From contig CAMYKY010000010.1 in assembly GCA_947259165.1 (NCBI GenBank), positions 34,433-98,432 on the forward strand: a stretch of DNA of 64,000 bases. The letters are read 5' to 3'. The translations under genes and the position numbers were made by a program. The notes under the pieces are model-generated. The model made no database searches. It was given only the letters and a program-made list of their open reading frames with translations, and was not told where the DNA came from. This stretch comes from an uncultured Acidobacteriota bacterium (GTDB lineage: Bacteria; Acidobacteriota; Vicinamibacteria; Marinacidobacterales; SMYC01). This document shows, piece after piece, positions 47,870-56,603 of the stretch; position 1 is the first letter of the stretch; each line of letters begins with the position of its first letter.

Positions 47870-49069
47870 TTGAACATGGACACCACGGATCTAGAAGGGA
47901 TTTGGGAGGCACATGCTCGCTACGATCCCCTGTGGGCAATCCTTTCGGACCCTGCGAAGAAAAATCGCGGATGGGAGATCGACCGCTTCTTCGCCTCGGG
48001 GCAGCGAGAAGTTCGATTCCTGCTTCGTGATCTGGAGGTGGCAGGAATTGACGTCCTGCGACGAGACGTACTCGACTTCGGCTGCGGTATCGGCCGGCTG
48101 ACGCAAGCGTTATCACTTCACTTCGAACACGTGGTCGGCGTCGACATATCGCCCACGATGATCGAGCTCGCGGAGGAGCTCAACTCGAGCGGGCCGAATC
48201 CTCATCGTGTTCGTTTCATACGAAACCCAAGCGACGATCTTGCGGTGCTGAGCACGGAGGCGTACGATTTCGTCTACACGAACATCGTTTTGCAGCACAT
48301 TCCGCCGGCGCTCATGAAAAGCTACCTTCGTGAATTCCTTCGAGTCTTGCGGACGGGTGGCGTGCTCGTCTTCCAGCTGCCGTCCCACCCCCGCCCCAAC
48401 GCCGAGCTCACGGTTCGAGCCATGCCCGACGAGGCCTACCGGGCAGAGCTTCGCGTGGACGAATGGCCGCGTGTCGTCGAACCGTCGACTCGAGTCGGAC
48501 TCGCGGTTCAGGTCGTCAATGCCAGCTCTCACGCGTGGCATCCAAACGCGCTCGGTCAGGTCAACCTGGGAAACCATTGGATCGCGCCAGATGGCACCAT
48601 GGAGAGGCAGGACGACGCACGCGCCGGACTTCCCAGAACCGTCAATCCCGGGGAGCACGCGGAAATTCTCATCGGAGTGACAGCGCCCGACCAAGAGGGA
48701 TCGTATCTCTGTGAGCTCGACCTCGTGCACGAGACGATTAGCTGGTTCAAAGATCGCGGCTCGAAAAGTTGTCAGATTCCTATCGAAGTCGCGGTGAACG
48801 CGACTCAGCCGTCGGGACCCATCGAGCCCTCGGCGGCGGCGGTCGAGGCGACGAACCGCTGGACCGATGCATGGAGTGCCGCACAAAGACACCTACCCAC
48901 CCTATCGCCCGCGCTCGAGCCAAAGCCCTTCCCGATGTTCGGGATCCCTCGAGACGAGGTTCTCGATTATCTCGCACGCAACGACGCCACGGTTTTGTCC
49001 GTAACCGAGGACGGCCACGCGGGATGGGATTGGGTCGGCTACCGCTATACCCTCCGCAAAACGGTCTGA
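47870..49069 (+). CDS. class I SAM-dependent methyltransferase with ~200-aa C-terminal beta-rich domain
   Basis: Motif I VLDFGCGIGRLT, post-I DISPTMI and a motif II region. The C-terminal half has no assignable family. Confidence 0.65.
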   Translation: MNMDTTDLEGIWEAHARYDPLWAILSDPAKKNRGWEIDRFFASGQREVRFLLRDLEVAGIDVLRRDVLDFGCGIGRLTQALSLHFEHVVGVDISPTMIELAEELNSSGPNPHRVRFIRNPSDDLAVLSTEAYDFVYTNIVLQHIPPALMKSYLREFLRVLRTGGVLVFQLPSHPRPNAELTVRAMPDEAYRAELRVDEWPRVVEPSTRVGLAVQVVNASSHAWHPNALGQVNLGNHWIAPDGTMERQDDARAGLPRTVNPGEHAEILIGVTAPDQEGSYLCELDLVHETISWFKDRGSKSCQIPIEVAVNATQPSGPIEPSAAAVEATNRWTDAWSAAQRHLPTLSPALEPKPFPMFGIPRDEVLDYLARNDATVLSVTEDGHAGWDWVGYRYTLRKTV

Positions 49070-49128
49070 CGAGCACACCACGAAGACACGGAGCCGCAGC
49101 GCGGAAAGTCCGCAACCCACTGCTTTTT

Positions 49129-49281
49129 CAACGCAAAGGCGCAAAGTCGCGGAGACGCAAAGGTCGTCGAGTATGAGCTTCTGCAGACGATGATTTGACA
49201 CTTGTGAAAGAGACATGCGCCGGAACACGTCCGCCGCAAGGCGCTCACTTTGCGCCTTTGCGCCGTTGCGCCTTTGCGTTG
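49129..49281. mobile_element. MITE-like element with 16-bp perfect TIR built from GCGCAAAG repeats (family 3)
   Basis: Left arm caacgcaaaggcgcaaagtcgcggagacgcaaaggtcg. Right arm cactttgcgcctttgcgccgttgcgcctttgcgttg. The terminal 16 nt are exact reverse complements and the octamer GCGCAAAG is repeated 3x per arm. It overlaps the 5' end of a truncated gene. Confidence 0.7.
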
Positions 49282-49524
49282 AGTTCTTCTTTTTGTAGCG
49301 AGTTCTTCGATGTCGGTAGTGCGGAGGGAGCACGGAGACAAGTCTTTGAATCGATCGCCCTGAACCTCACGATGTACCTTCAGCACGCGATGGTGCACGC
49401 GGTACCTCTTTTGTGGCGTCCTCATCGCGTCCATCACGCCGATCTCGACGTCGATGTCACCACCGGAGCGCGGTTTCACGTTATCGAAGTCGTCCTCTAC
49501 GCAATAACCCGCCGCGCGGCCTAG
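49195..49524 (+). pseudogene. C-terminal fragment of a fatty-acid hydroxylase/sterol desaturase-family protein
   Basis: Only the last ~70 aa of the family, including the His box HRVHHADLDVD, are present. The reading frame begins inside the 49129..49281 element. Confidence 0.45.
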
Positions 49525-49635
49525 AAGTGCGCCAAAAAACCCAATATTTGGGTTCCTAGGCGCTTGCGACTGCCGACCCTCGACCGGAACTCCGTCAAAG
49601 ACTGAAGTGCAGGGACTTTGCCCCGTCCCCAAGAG

Positions 49636-49651
49636 TGGAACACCGCTTGCA
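49636..49651 (+). promoter_or_regulatory. candidate sigma-54 (-24/-12) promoter for the nos operon
   Basis: TGGAAC-accgc-TTGCA matches TGGCAC-N5-TTGCW with correct spacing, ~105 nt upstream of the cytochrome c start. It overlaps a palindrome CTTGCacGCAAG. Confidence 0.4.
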
Positions 49652-49756
49652 CGCAAGCAGCTGTGGCTCAGCTCAGAACCCAACGGTGATACTGTAGCCA
49701 GGGTTCAGAGCTTTGTATTTTTCAAAACTCTTCAAGAGAAAGGCAGGGTCGGACGG

Positions 49757-50533
49757 ATGAAACGGAAATCGACCATTCTTTTTATTCTGGTCCTAGGAGT
49801 CGCCATGTGGTCGGGGGACACGCTGGCACAGGACGTCGAGCGGGGTAAGGCCGTTTACGATTCGCGCTGTGTCATATGCCACGGTGATCAAGGCGACGGC
49901 AAAGGCCTCATCGGGATTGTGCATCGAGCTCAGCAAAACGGCATGGTGGTCACGATCTACCCTCGAGACTTCACCGCGGGTGTCTACAAGTTCCGAAGCA
50001 CACCTAGCGGCGACCTCCCCACCGACGACGATCTCATGCGCATCGTGACCGAAGGGATTTCGCGTTCGGGGATGCCGTCCCACACGGATATTTCCGAGGC
50101 CGACCGTCAAGCCGTCATCGCGTACATCAAGACATTCTCCAAACGGTGGGCGGAAGAGGAGCCTGGCACACCGCTCGTCATCGAGGCCGCCCCGGCGGCA
50201 GTCGGCTCGGGCGAATCCAGCGGGCGCGGTAAGGACGTCTACGCGACCATGCAGTGCTCCAAGTGTCACGGTGATACCGGCAAGGGCGACGGACCGTCAT
50301 CCGCCGATCTCGAAGACAGCTGGGGCGACAAGATTCTGCCTTTCGATTTCACATCCGGTCCTCTCAAGGGTGGTTCGACGCCGGAAATGGTTTATCGCAC
50401 GTTCATGACCGGCCTCGACGGCACGCCGATGCCTTCCTATCAAGACGCGCTACCCGAGGAGCAGGCGCGGTGGGATCTCGTTTCGTACTGTTTAGAACTG
50501 ATGGCCGGGGCACCCGGCGACACCGACCAATGA
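49757..50533 (+). CDS. di-heme c-type cytochrome (probable electron donor to NosZ)
   Basis: Signal peptide MKRKSTILFILVLGVAMWSG and two CxxCH sites (CVICHG, CSKCHG). It overlaps the nosZ start. Confidence 0.85.
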   Translation: MKRKSTILFILVLGVAMWSGDTLAQDVERGKAVYDSRCVICHGDQGDGKGLIGIVHRAQQNGMVVTIYPRDFTAGVYKFRSTPSGDLPTDDDLMRIVTEGISRSGMPSHTDISEADRQAVIAYIKTFSKRWAEEEPGTPLVIEAAPAAVGSGESSGRGKDVYATMQCSKCHGDTGKGDGPSSADLEDSWGDKILPFDFTSGPLKGGSTPEMVYRTFMTGLDGTPMPSYQDALPEEQARWDLVSYCLELMAGAPGDTDQ

Positions 50534-50571
50534 AGGCTAGAGGAATGCGAATGTCAAACAGGAGGGATTTA

Positions 50572-52383
50572 ATGGTTTCTACGCGGTTTCTTATCGTCCT
50601 ATCGGTCGCACTCGCCGTCGGTCTCACTTTTGGCTGCGCCGGCGGCGGTTCGCAGGAGGGCGGCGGCTCTGGAGCGGCGGTATCACACGCAGACCACGAA
50701 GTAGCTCCGGGCGAGCTCGACGATTACTACGGTTTCTTCAGCGGAGGCCACTCGGGCGAGGTTCGCGTCCTAGGCATTCCGTCTATGCGCGTTTTGAAAC
50801 GCATCCCGGTTTGGAACATCGACCCGGGTAGCGGTTGGGGGATTACCAACGAGAGCCGGGCACTACTGGGCGGCATGCAAACCGGCGACACCCACCACGT
50901 CCACGGCTCCTACGAAGACGGGACCTACGACGGCAAATGGCTCTTCGTGAACGACAAGCTCAACAATCGCATGGCGCGCATTCGTGTCGACCTCATGGAA
51001 GTTGATGCCGTCGTCAACGTCCCGCACGCACAAGGAGCCCACGGACTCTTCCCGCAGCGCTACCCCTCGACCGAGTGGGTCGTTCTCAACAGCGAGTTCC
51101 GCACGCCGCTTTCAAACGACGGTCGCGGCGACATGCTCGATGCATCCACCTACGGCGGCGTCCATACAATCATCAACGCCGCCGACATGGAAATCGTGGC
51201 TCAAGTCACAACGCCGGTGAACCTCGATCTCGCGGCCACCGACTACCAGGGCAAGTACTCGTTCGCAACGTCCTACAACAGCGAAGGCGGTGCGACGATC
51301 TCCGAAATGCTCGCGAGCGATCGTGACTATCTCGTGGTCTTCAACTGGGAGGCGATCAAAGAAGCGCTCGCCAACAACAACTACCGAATCGTCGACGACA
51401 TCAAGATCCTAGATGGCACCGAGGGCACAGGGCTCACTGCCTACATCCCGATCCCGAAGAACCCGCACGGCGTGAACATCAGCCCTGACGGGAACTACGC
51501 TGTCGCTTGCGGCAAAGTGTCTCCGACGGTGAGTATCATCGACATCAACAAGCTCGACGACCTCTTCGCCGGTAACATCGAGCCTAGGGACGCTGTCGTG
51601 GGCGAGCCCGAAGTAGGTCTCGGCCCCCTGCACACCACTTTCGACGGTCGGGGCAACGCGTACACATCGCTGTTCATCGACAGCCAGGAAGTGAAGTGGA
51701 ACATCCAAAAGGCCATCGACCTGTACTCCAACCCCGTCGAGGGTGAGACCGCCGTCGTCGATCGTCTCGATATCCACTACCAGGTCGGGCATACCATGGC
51801 TTCGATGGCCGAGACGAAGGAAGCGGACGGAAAGTACCTCATCTCGCTCAACAAGATCTCCAAGGATCGCTTCTTGAACGTGGGCCCGCTCAAACCGGAG
51901 AACGATCAGCTCATCGACATCTCGAACGATGAAATGATTCTCTTGAAAGACGAGCCCGCGTACATCGAGCCGCACGATTGCATCATCGTCAGACGAGACC
52001 TCATCGAGCCCCATGTCGTACACCGAGCGGTCCTCGAAGAGCATCCCTTGGCGGTCACGCAGAGCTCGGTAGAACGCGTTGGCAACAAGGTGACGGCGCG
52101 CATCACGGCGTCGGCACCGGTTTATGGCCTCCAGGAAGTGGTCGTCAATCAAGGGGACGAGGTAACGTTCATCGTCACCAACACCGATGAGATACCCGAT
52201 TTGGCGCACGGCTTCGCGATCTCGAACTACAACGTCAGCTTCGTCGTCGGCCCATTCCAGACGAAGTCAGTAACGATCACTGCGGACAAGCCGGGTATGT
52301 ATTGGATCTACTGCACGAACTTTTGCCACGCGCTTCACCTAGAAATGCGGATGCGGTTCGTCGTCAATCCACGCTCGACTTAG
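50572..52383 (+). CDS. nosZ: nitrous-oxide reductase NosZ
   Basis: Conserved N-terminal beta-propeller (DDYYGFFSGGHSGEVRVLGIPSMRVLKRIPVWN, GDTHHVHGSYEDGTYDGKWLFVNDKLNNRMARIRVD). C-terminal cupredoxin CuA site (YCTNFCHALHLEM). The signal peptide type is ambiguous: an RRDLM motif is present, but a strong AGGAGGG precedes the ATG at ~50575, which would give a Sec-type or lipoprotein signal. Confidence 0.95.
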   Translation: MVSTRFLIVLSVALAVGLTFGCAGGGSQEGGGSGAAVSHADHEVAPGELDDYYGFFSGGHSGEVRVLGIPSMRVLKRIPVWNIDPGSGWGITNESRALLGGMQTGDTHHVHGSYEDGTYDGKWLFVNDKLNNRMARIRVDLMEVDAVVNVPHAQGAHGLFPQRYPSTEWVVLNSEFRTPLSNDGRGDMLDASTYGGVHTIINAADMEIVAQVTTPVNLDLAATDYQGKYSFATSYNSEGGATISEMLASDRDYLVVFNWEAIKEALANNNYRIVDDIKILDGTEGTGLTAYIPIPKNPHGVNISPDGNYAVACGKVSPTVSIIDINKLDDLFAGNIEPRDAVVGEPEVGLGPLHTTFDGRGNAYTSLFIDSQEVKWNIQKAIDLYSNPVEGETAVVDRLDIHYQVGHTMASMAETKEADGKYLISLNKISKDRFLNVGPLKPENDQLIDISNDEMILLKDEPAYIEPHDCIIVRRDLIEPHVVHRAVLEEHPLAVTQSSVERVGNKVTARITASAPVYGLQEVVVNQGDEVTFIVTNTDEIPDLAHGFAISNYNVSFVVGPFQTKSVTITADKPGMYWIYCTNFCHALHLEMRMRFVVNPRST

Positions 52384-52396
52384 GCAGACTGCGCTC

Positions 52397-55300
52397 ATGA
52401 GTCACGGAGGACTAAGAGCGCTGATTCTCGTAGGGCTCGGGGCGATCTTCGCCTCGAGCCCCGTCGGGGCTCAGCTTCCGTTCGGCGAACAACAGTACGA
52501 GTACGAGCTTTCGGACGTCCTACCGGGCGCCTCGAGCTTCGAGCAAGTCGAGGATCCGGAGCACTACTGGCGAGGCTACGCCGACGAGGGCCAACAACAG
52601 CTCGTCGGTTTCGTTTTTCTGACCGACGATCTCGTCGACATCCCCGGGTATTCCGGCGAGACCATGAACACTCTCGTCGGGATGGATACCGAGGGGACGA
52701 TCACCGGGATCAAGATCGTCCATCACTCGGAGCCCATCGTTCTCATCGGTCTCGACGAGTCCGTTATTCACGAGTTTACGGGTCAATACACTGGCAAGAG
52801 CATCACCGATCGCATCCTCATCAGTAACGAGCCGAAGGAAGGCTACACCGTCGTCGACGCCATCAGCGGAGCTACCGTGACCGCCGTGGCAGAGAACGCG
52901 ACCGTGCTCGAGGCGGGTCGTTTGGTCGCTCGCGCCGAAGGGATCGTCAGCGCAGCAGACATTCGCTCGCGAAGACCCAGCATGGTTTTCGAGGAGCTCT
53001 CGTGGACGGAGCTCGTTTCCCGAGGCGCCATCGGTTCGATTTCGGCAGAGCCCGGGGAGCAGGGTTTACCGTCCGGAGCGGGGAGCGTCGATGTCCGGTT
53101 CACCGTCTTGGATCCGCCGAGCGTCGGTCAAAACCTCCTGGGCGAGCGTTTCTACACCGTCGTGAAAGAGCGTCTTGCCAACGATGGAGGCAGCGCCCTG
53201 TACATCGGAAGCATCGCGGGAGTTTCTTTCAAGGGGGCCGGCTTCGCACGCGGCGGCATCTTCGACCGGTTTGTCATCGAGCAGTCAGGAGATCTCTTCG
53301 TCTTCAAGGATCTCGACTACATGGGTTTTCCGGCGCTCGAGCTCGACGATGCTCCCCGCTTCCAGGAAGGCGGGATCTTTTTCGTCGACGAGGGGTTCGA
53401 CCCCGCGGAGGAGTTCTCGTTTCGACTCACGTTTCCGTATCGCGTGGCCGACCAGCGAACCTACGCGACGCTCATCGCCGACTTCGGATTGCCCAGTAGG
53501 TTCATCGAGTCAGACCAGCCGTTCTGGGTGAGCCGATGGCAAGCGGCATGGGGCGCAGTGCTGTTCACCGGGCTGCTCTTGGGGGTCATCACCACGGCGT
53601 TCGTGTTCAAGGAGCGCATGACGCCGCATCGTAAGCTTCTACACAACACGACGGCGCTGCTCGCCGCGGTTGTCCTCGGACTCATTTTCAAAGCCCAACC
53701 GAGCACGACGCAGATACTCACTCTTTTTGGCTCGCTCGCGAGACTCGAGTTCCCCAAGGAAATCTTCCTGTCCGAGCCGCTCATCTTCATGCTGTGGATC
53801 TCGATCGCAGTCACCCTCGTCATCTGGGGTCGCGGATTCTTCTGTGGCTGGGTGTGCCCGTACGGCGCACTACTCGAGTCCTTCATCTCCGTGTGGCACA
53901 AGCTCGCACCCAAGAAACTGCAGAAAAGAATCGACGCCTGGCGTCCGCCACCGTTTCTCCGCTACGGAAAGATGTTCACGTTCGTGGTCATCCTCCTCGT
54001 CTCCTTCGCTAGCCTGCCGCTCGCCGAGGCACTCGACGAGATCGAGCCGTTCAAGACGTTCGTTCTGCACCTCGCTCGGCCTTCGGCCTTCGTCATTTAC
54101 TTCGTGCTCATCACCCTGGTCTCGGTCGTCAGCTATCGATTCTTCTGCCGGTTCATGTGTCCTCTCGGCGGCGCACTCGCCATCCCGTCGGCGAGGAAAC
54201 CGCTTCTTCCTTTGTACCGCTACGAGACGTGCACAAACTGCAAGATCTGCGCGAAAGGTTGCGAGCCCCAGGCGATCTCGTTCGACACGGGCGTCATCGA
54301 CTATCAAGAATGCCTCCAGTGTTGGGACTGCCAGGCGACCGGGAAGAACGAGGGCGTCTGTCCCGAGCTCATCGTCTCCAAGAAAGAGAACCGTGCGCCC
54401 AGATATCTCGTTGTCAGCATTCTCTTGATGATCTTGGGAACACCCGCCACACCGGAAGCGGAGGAAATTCAGGTGCAACCCGGCGGCCTCGAGCATGCCC
54501 TGGCTGCTGCGAGCGACGGTGATACTCTCGTGCTCGCGTCGGGAGTCCATCCGGGCGCCCTCATCCTCACGAAGTCCGTCTCGCTGCGCGGACAACCGGG
54601 CGCAATTCTCGACGGTGGCGGAACCGGCCACGCTCTCATGATCGATGCACCCGCAGTGACGGTCGAGAACCTGACCGTGCGCAACTGCCGCGTCGACGAC
54701 GAGTACGCCGACACCGGTATTTGGGTCGAGAAGGCTTCCAAGGGCACGCGACTCATCGGCAACACTGTCGAGTCTTGCCGCTTCGGCATCTGGATCCACG
54801 GCTCACAAGAGACCGAGGTTATCGACAACCAGGTAATCGGCATCGAAGAGCTGACTCAGAACCAGCGCGGAGACTGCATCCATCTGTGGGACGCCGACGG
54901 GACCAAGGTGTCGGGGAACAAGATCAGACACTGCCGCGACGGAATTTACATGGAGCTCACCAGCGAGGGGGAGATCGAGAACAACCAGATCTTCGACTCG
55001 CGCTACGCGGTTCACACCATGTGGTGCGATCGCAGCCGCTACATCGACAACTACGCGTCCGGGAACCTCGTCGGTTTGGCGCTCATGTTCTCCTCGCACA
55101 TCGAATCGAGAGGGAACATCCTTCACAATAACCGGACGCACGGCATGCTGTGGATTCAGGTCACTCGTGGAAAAGCCCTTGACAACGTCATCATCGGCAA
55201 TACCAAAGGCATCTTCGTCTATAACTCGCTCTACAACGAGATCCGAGGTAATCTGATCGCACGGAACAATCTGGGCGCGCACTACTGGGGCGGCTCCGAA

Positions 55301-55708
55301 GACAACGTCATGGAGCAAAACGCCTTCATCGATAACGAGATCCAAGCCAAATACGTTGCCGCGAAAGACCAGCAGTGGAACGGGAACTTCTGGAGCGATT
55401 ACGGTGGGTGGGACATGGACGAAGACGGCACCGGCGAGACGCCGTATCGCTCGAACACACTGGTCGACGCGCTTCTTTGGCAGTACCCGCACTCCAAGTT
55501 CCTGCTCGCGAGCCCGGCGTTTCAACTTCTGGCCCTGGCCGAAAGAGAGTTCCCCGTGATCACCTATCCGAAAGCGGTCGACTCATCGCCGCTGATGTCG
55601 CCGTCCATGGCCGAGTGGGAGTCGCTCCTGGAACGCTATCCCGGCAATCCTCAGCAGTACTATTTGGAGATGCAGAAGCTTCCTCATCTGCCCGGAGAGG
55701 TCGACTGA
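52397..55708 (+). CDS. nosR-nosD: NosR-like (FMN-binding + NapH-type FeS membrane + ferredoxin) protein fused to NosD (periplasmic copper-binding beta-helix protein)
   Basis: Residues 1-~680 contain an FMN_bind motif (ISGATVTAV), a polytopic membrane region with CxxxCP motifs (FFCGWVCPYG, FFCRFMCPLG) and a 2x[4Fe-4S] C-terminus (CTNCKICAKGC..CLQCWDCQ). After one further TM segment (YLVVSILLMILG), residues ~700-1103 show NosD-like parallel beta-helix repeats (NTVESCRFGIWIHGS, NKIRHCRDGIYME, NQIFDSRYAVHTMW, GNLIARNNLGAHYWG). A single continuous ORF. Confidence 0.8.
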   Translation: MSHGGLRALILVGLGAIFASSPVGAQLPFGEQQYEYELSDVLPGASSFEQVEDPEHYWRGYADEGQQQLVGFVFLTDDLVDIPGYSGETMNTLVGMDTEGTITGIKIVHHSEPIVLIGLDESVIHEFTGQYTGKSITDRILISNEPKEGYTVVDAISGATVTAVAENATVLEAGRLVARAEGIVSAADIRSRRPSMVFEELSWTELVSRGAIGSISAEPGEQGLPSGAGSVDVRFTVLDPPSVGQNLLGERFYTVVKERLANDGGSALYIGSIAGVSFKGAGFARGGIFDRFVIEQSGDLFVFKDLDYMGFPALELDDAPRFQEGGIFFVDEGFDPAEEFSFRLTFPYRVADQRTYATLIADFGLPSRFIESDQPFWVSRWQAAWGAVLFTGLLLGVITTAFVFKERMTPHRKLLHNTTALLAAVVLGLIFKAQPSTTQILTLFGSLARLEFPKEIFLSEPLIFMLWISIAVTLVIWGRGFFCGWVCPYGALLESFISVWHKLAPKKLQKRIDAWRPPPFLRYGKMFTFVVILLVSFASLPLAEALDEIEPFKTFVLHLARPSAFVIYFVLITLVSVVSYRFFCRFMCPLGGALAIPSARKPLLPLYRYETCTNCKICAKGCEPQAISFDTGVIDYQECLQCWDCQATGKNEGVCPELIVSKKENRAPRYLVVSILLMILGTPATPEAEEIQVQPGGLEHALAAASDGDTLVLASGVHPGALILTKSVSLRGQPGAILDGGGTGHALMIDAPAVTVENLTVRNCRVDDEYADTGIWVEKASKGTRLIGNTVESCRFGIWIHGSQETEVIDNQVIGIEELTQNQRGDCIHLWDADGTKVSGNKIRHCRDGIYMELTSEGEIENNQIFDSRYAVHTMWCDRSRYIDNYASGNLVGLALMFSSHIESRGNILHNNRTHGMLWIQVTRGKALDNVIIGNTKGIFVYNSLYNEIRGNLIARNNLGAHYWGGSEDNVMEQNAFIDNEIQAKYVAAKDQQWNGNFWSDYGGWDMDEDGTGETPYRSNTLVDALLWQYPHSKFLLASPAFQLLALAEREFPVITYPKAVDSSPLMSPSMAEWESLLERYPGNPQQYYLEMQKLPHLPGEVD

Positions 55709-55712
55709 CTCG

Positions 55713-56603
55713 ATGATTCGCTTTGACCGTGCCACCAAGACCTTCGGCTCCTTGGAAGCGCTTGCGCCGCTCGATCTCGAGATCAAGGACAGCGAATGGC
55801 TCGGGGTCTTCGGTCGCAACGGCTCGGGCAAAACGACGCTGTTGCGAATGCTGGTGGGGCTGTCGCAGCCGTCCGGCGGACAACTCCTGATCGACGGCAA
55901 GCCGCCCGGCCCGGAGGACTGGCGAGAGTTTCGGCGCTCGCTCGGTTTCATGCCGGAGCGGGTTGCGCTATTCGACAACCTTACCGGTGAGAAAACGCTA
56001 CGGTATTTCGCGCGACTCAAACAGGTCGACCTAGGCGAAGTCATGCCAATCCTCGAGCGCGTCGGACTGGCGGACGCGGCCCATCGGAAGACCTCGGATT
56101 ACTCCAAGGGAATGCGTCAACGCTTGAACCTCGCGCAAGCGCTGCTGGGGGATCCGAAGTTCCTCGTCCTCGACGAGCCGATCGAAGGTCTCGACGCTCA
56201 CGGTGTGCGCGATTTCTTCGAGCTGCTGAAAAGTGTGAAGGGACGCACGGTCGTGTTCTCGTCGCACCGGCTTCCGCTCATCTCTCGGATCGTCGATCGA
56301 ATCTGCATTCTGAGTCAAGGCAAGATCAAAGCGCTCGGAACGGAGGATGAGCTCTACGAACAGGTCAACCTTCCAGTCCGAGTCGTGATCCATCCCGCGG
56401 ACAGCGCGTCCACGCGCCTGGCTGCCGCCGTCGACAAGCTCGACTCGGCGTCTCTGGTGAGCCAAAACGGTCGTCTCGTCGTGAGCGTGGCGCAAAAGGA
56501 CAAGCTGCGGTTTCTCAGCGACCTGCAAGCTCTGAGCTCCGAGATGCACGACATCCGCATCGAGGAACCCTCTCTCGAGGAGGTGCTTCTTGAAACGGGT
56601 TGA
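55713..56603 (+). CDS. nosF: ABC transporter ATP-binding protein NosF
   Basis: Walker A GRNGSGKTTL, signature YSKGMRQRL, Walker B LVLDEP, in the nos context directly after nosD. Confidence 0.9.
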   Translation: MIRFDRATKTFGSLEALAPLDLEIKDSEWLGVFGRNGSGKTTLLRMLVGLSQPSGGQLLIDGKPPGPEDWREFRRSLGFMPERVALFDNLTGEKTLRYFARLKQVDLGEVMPILERVGLADAAHRKTSDYSKGMRQRLNLAQALLGDPKFLVLDEPIEGLDAHGVRDFFELLKSVKGRTVVFSSHRLPLISRIVDRICILSQGKIKALGTEDELYEQVNLPVRVVIHPADSASTRLAAAVDKLDSASLVSQNGRLVVSVAQKDKLRFLSDLQALSSEMHDIRIEEPSLEEVLLETG

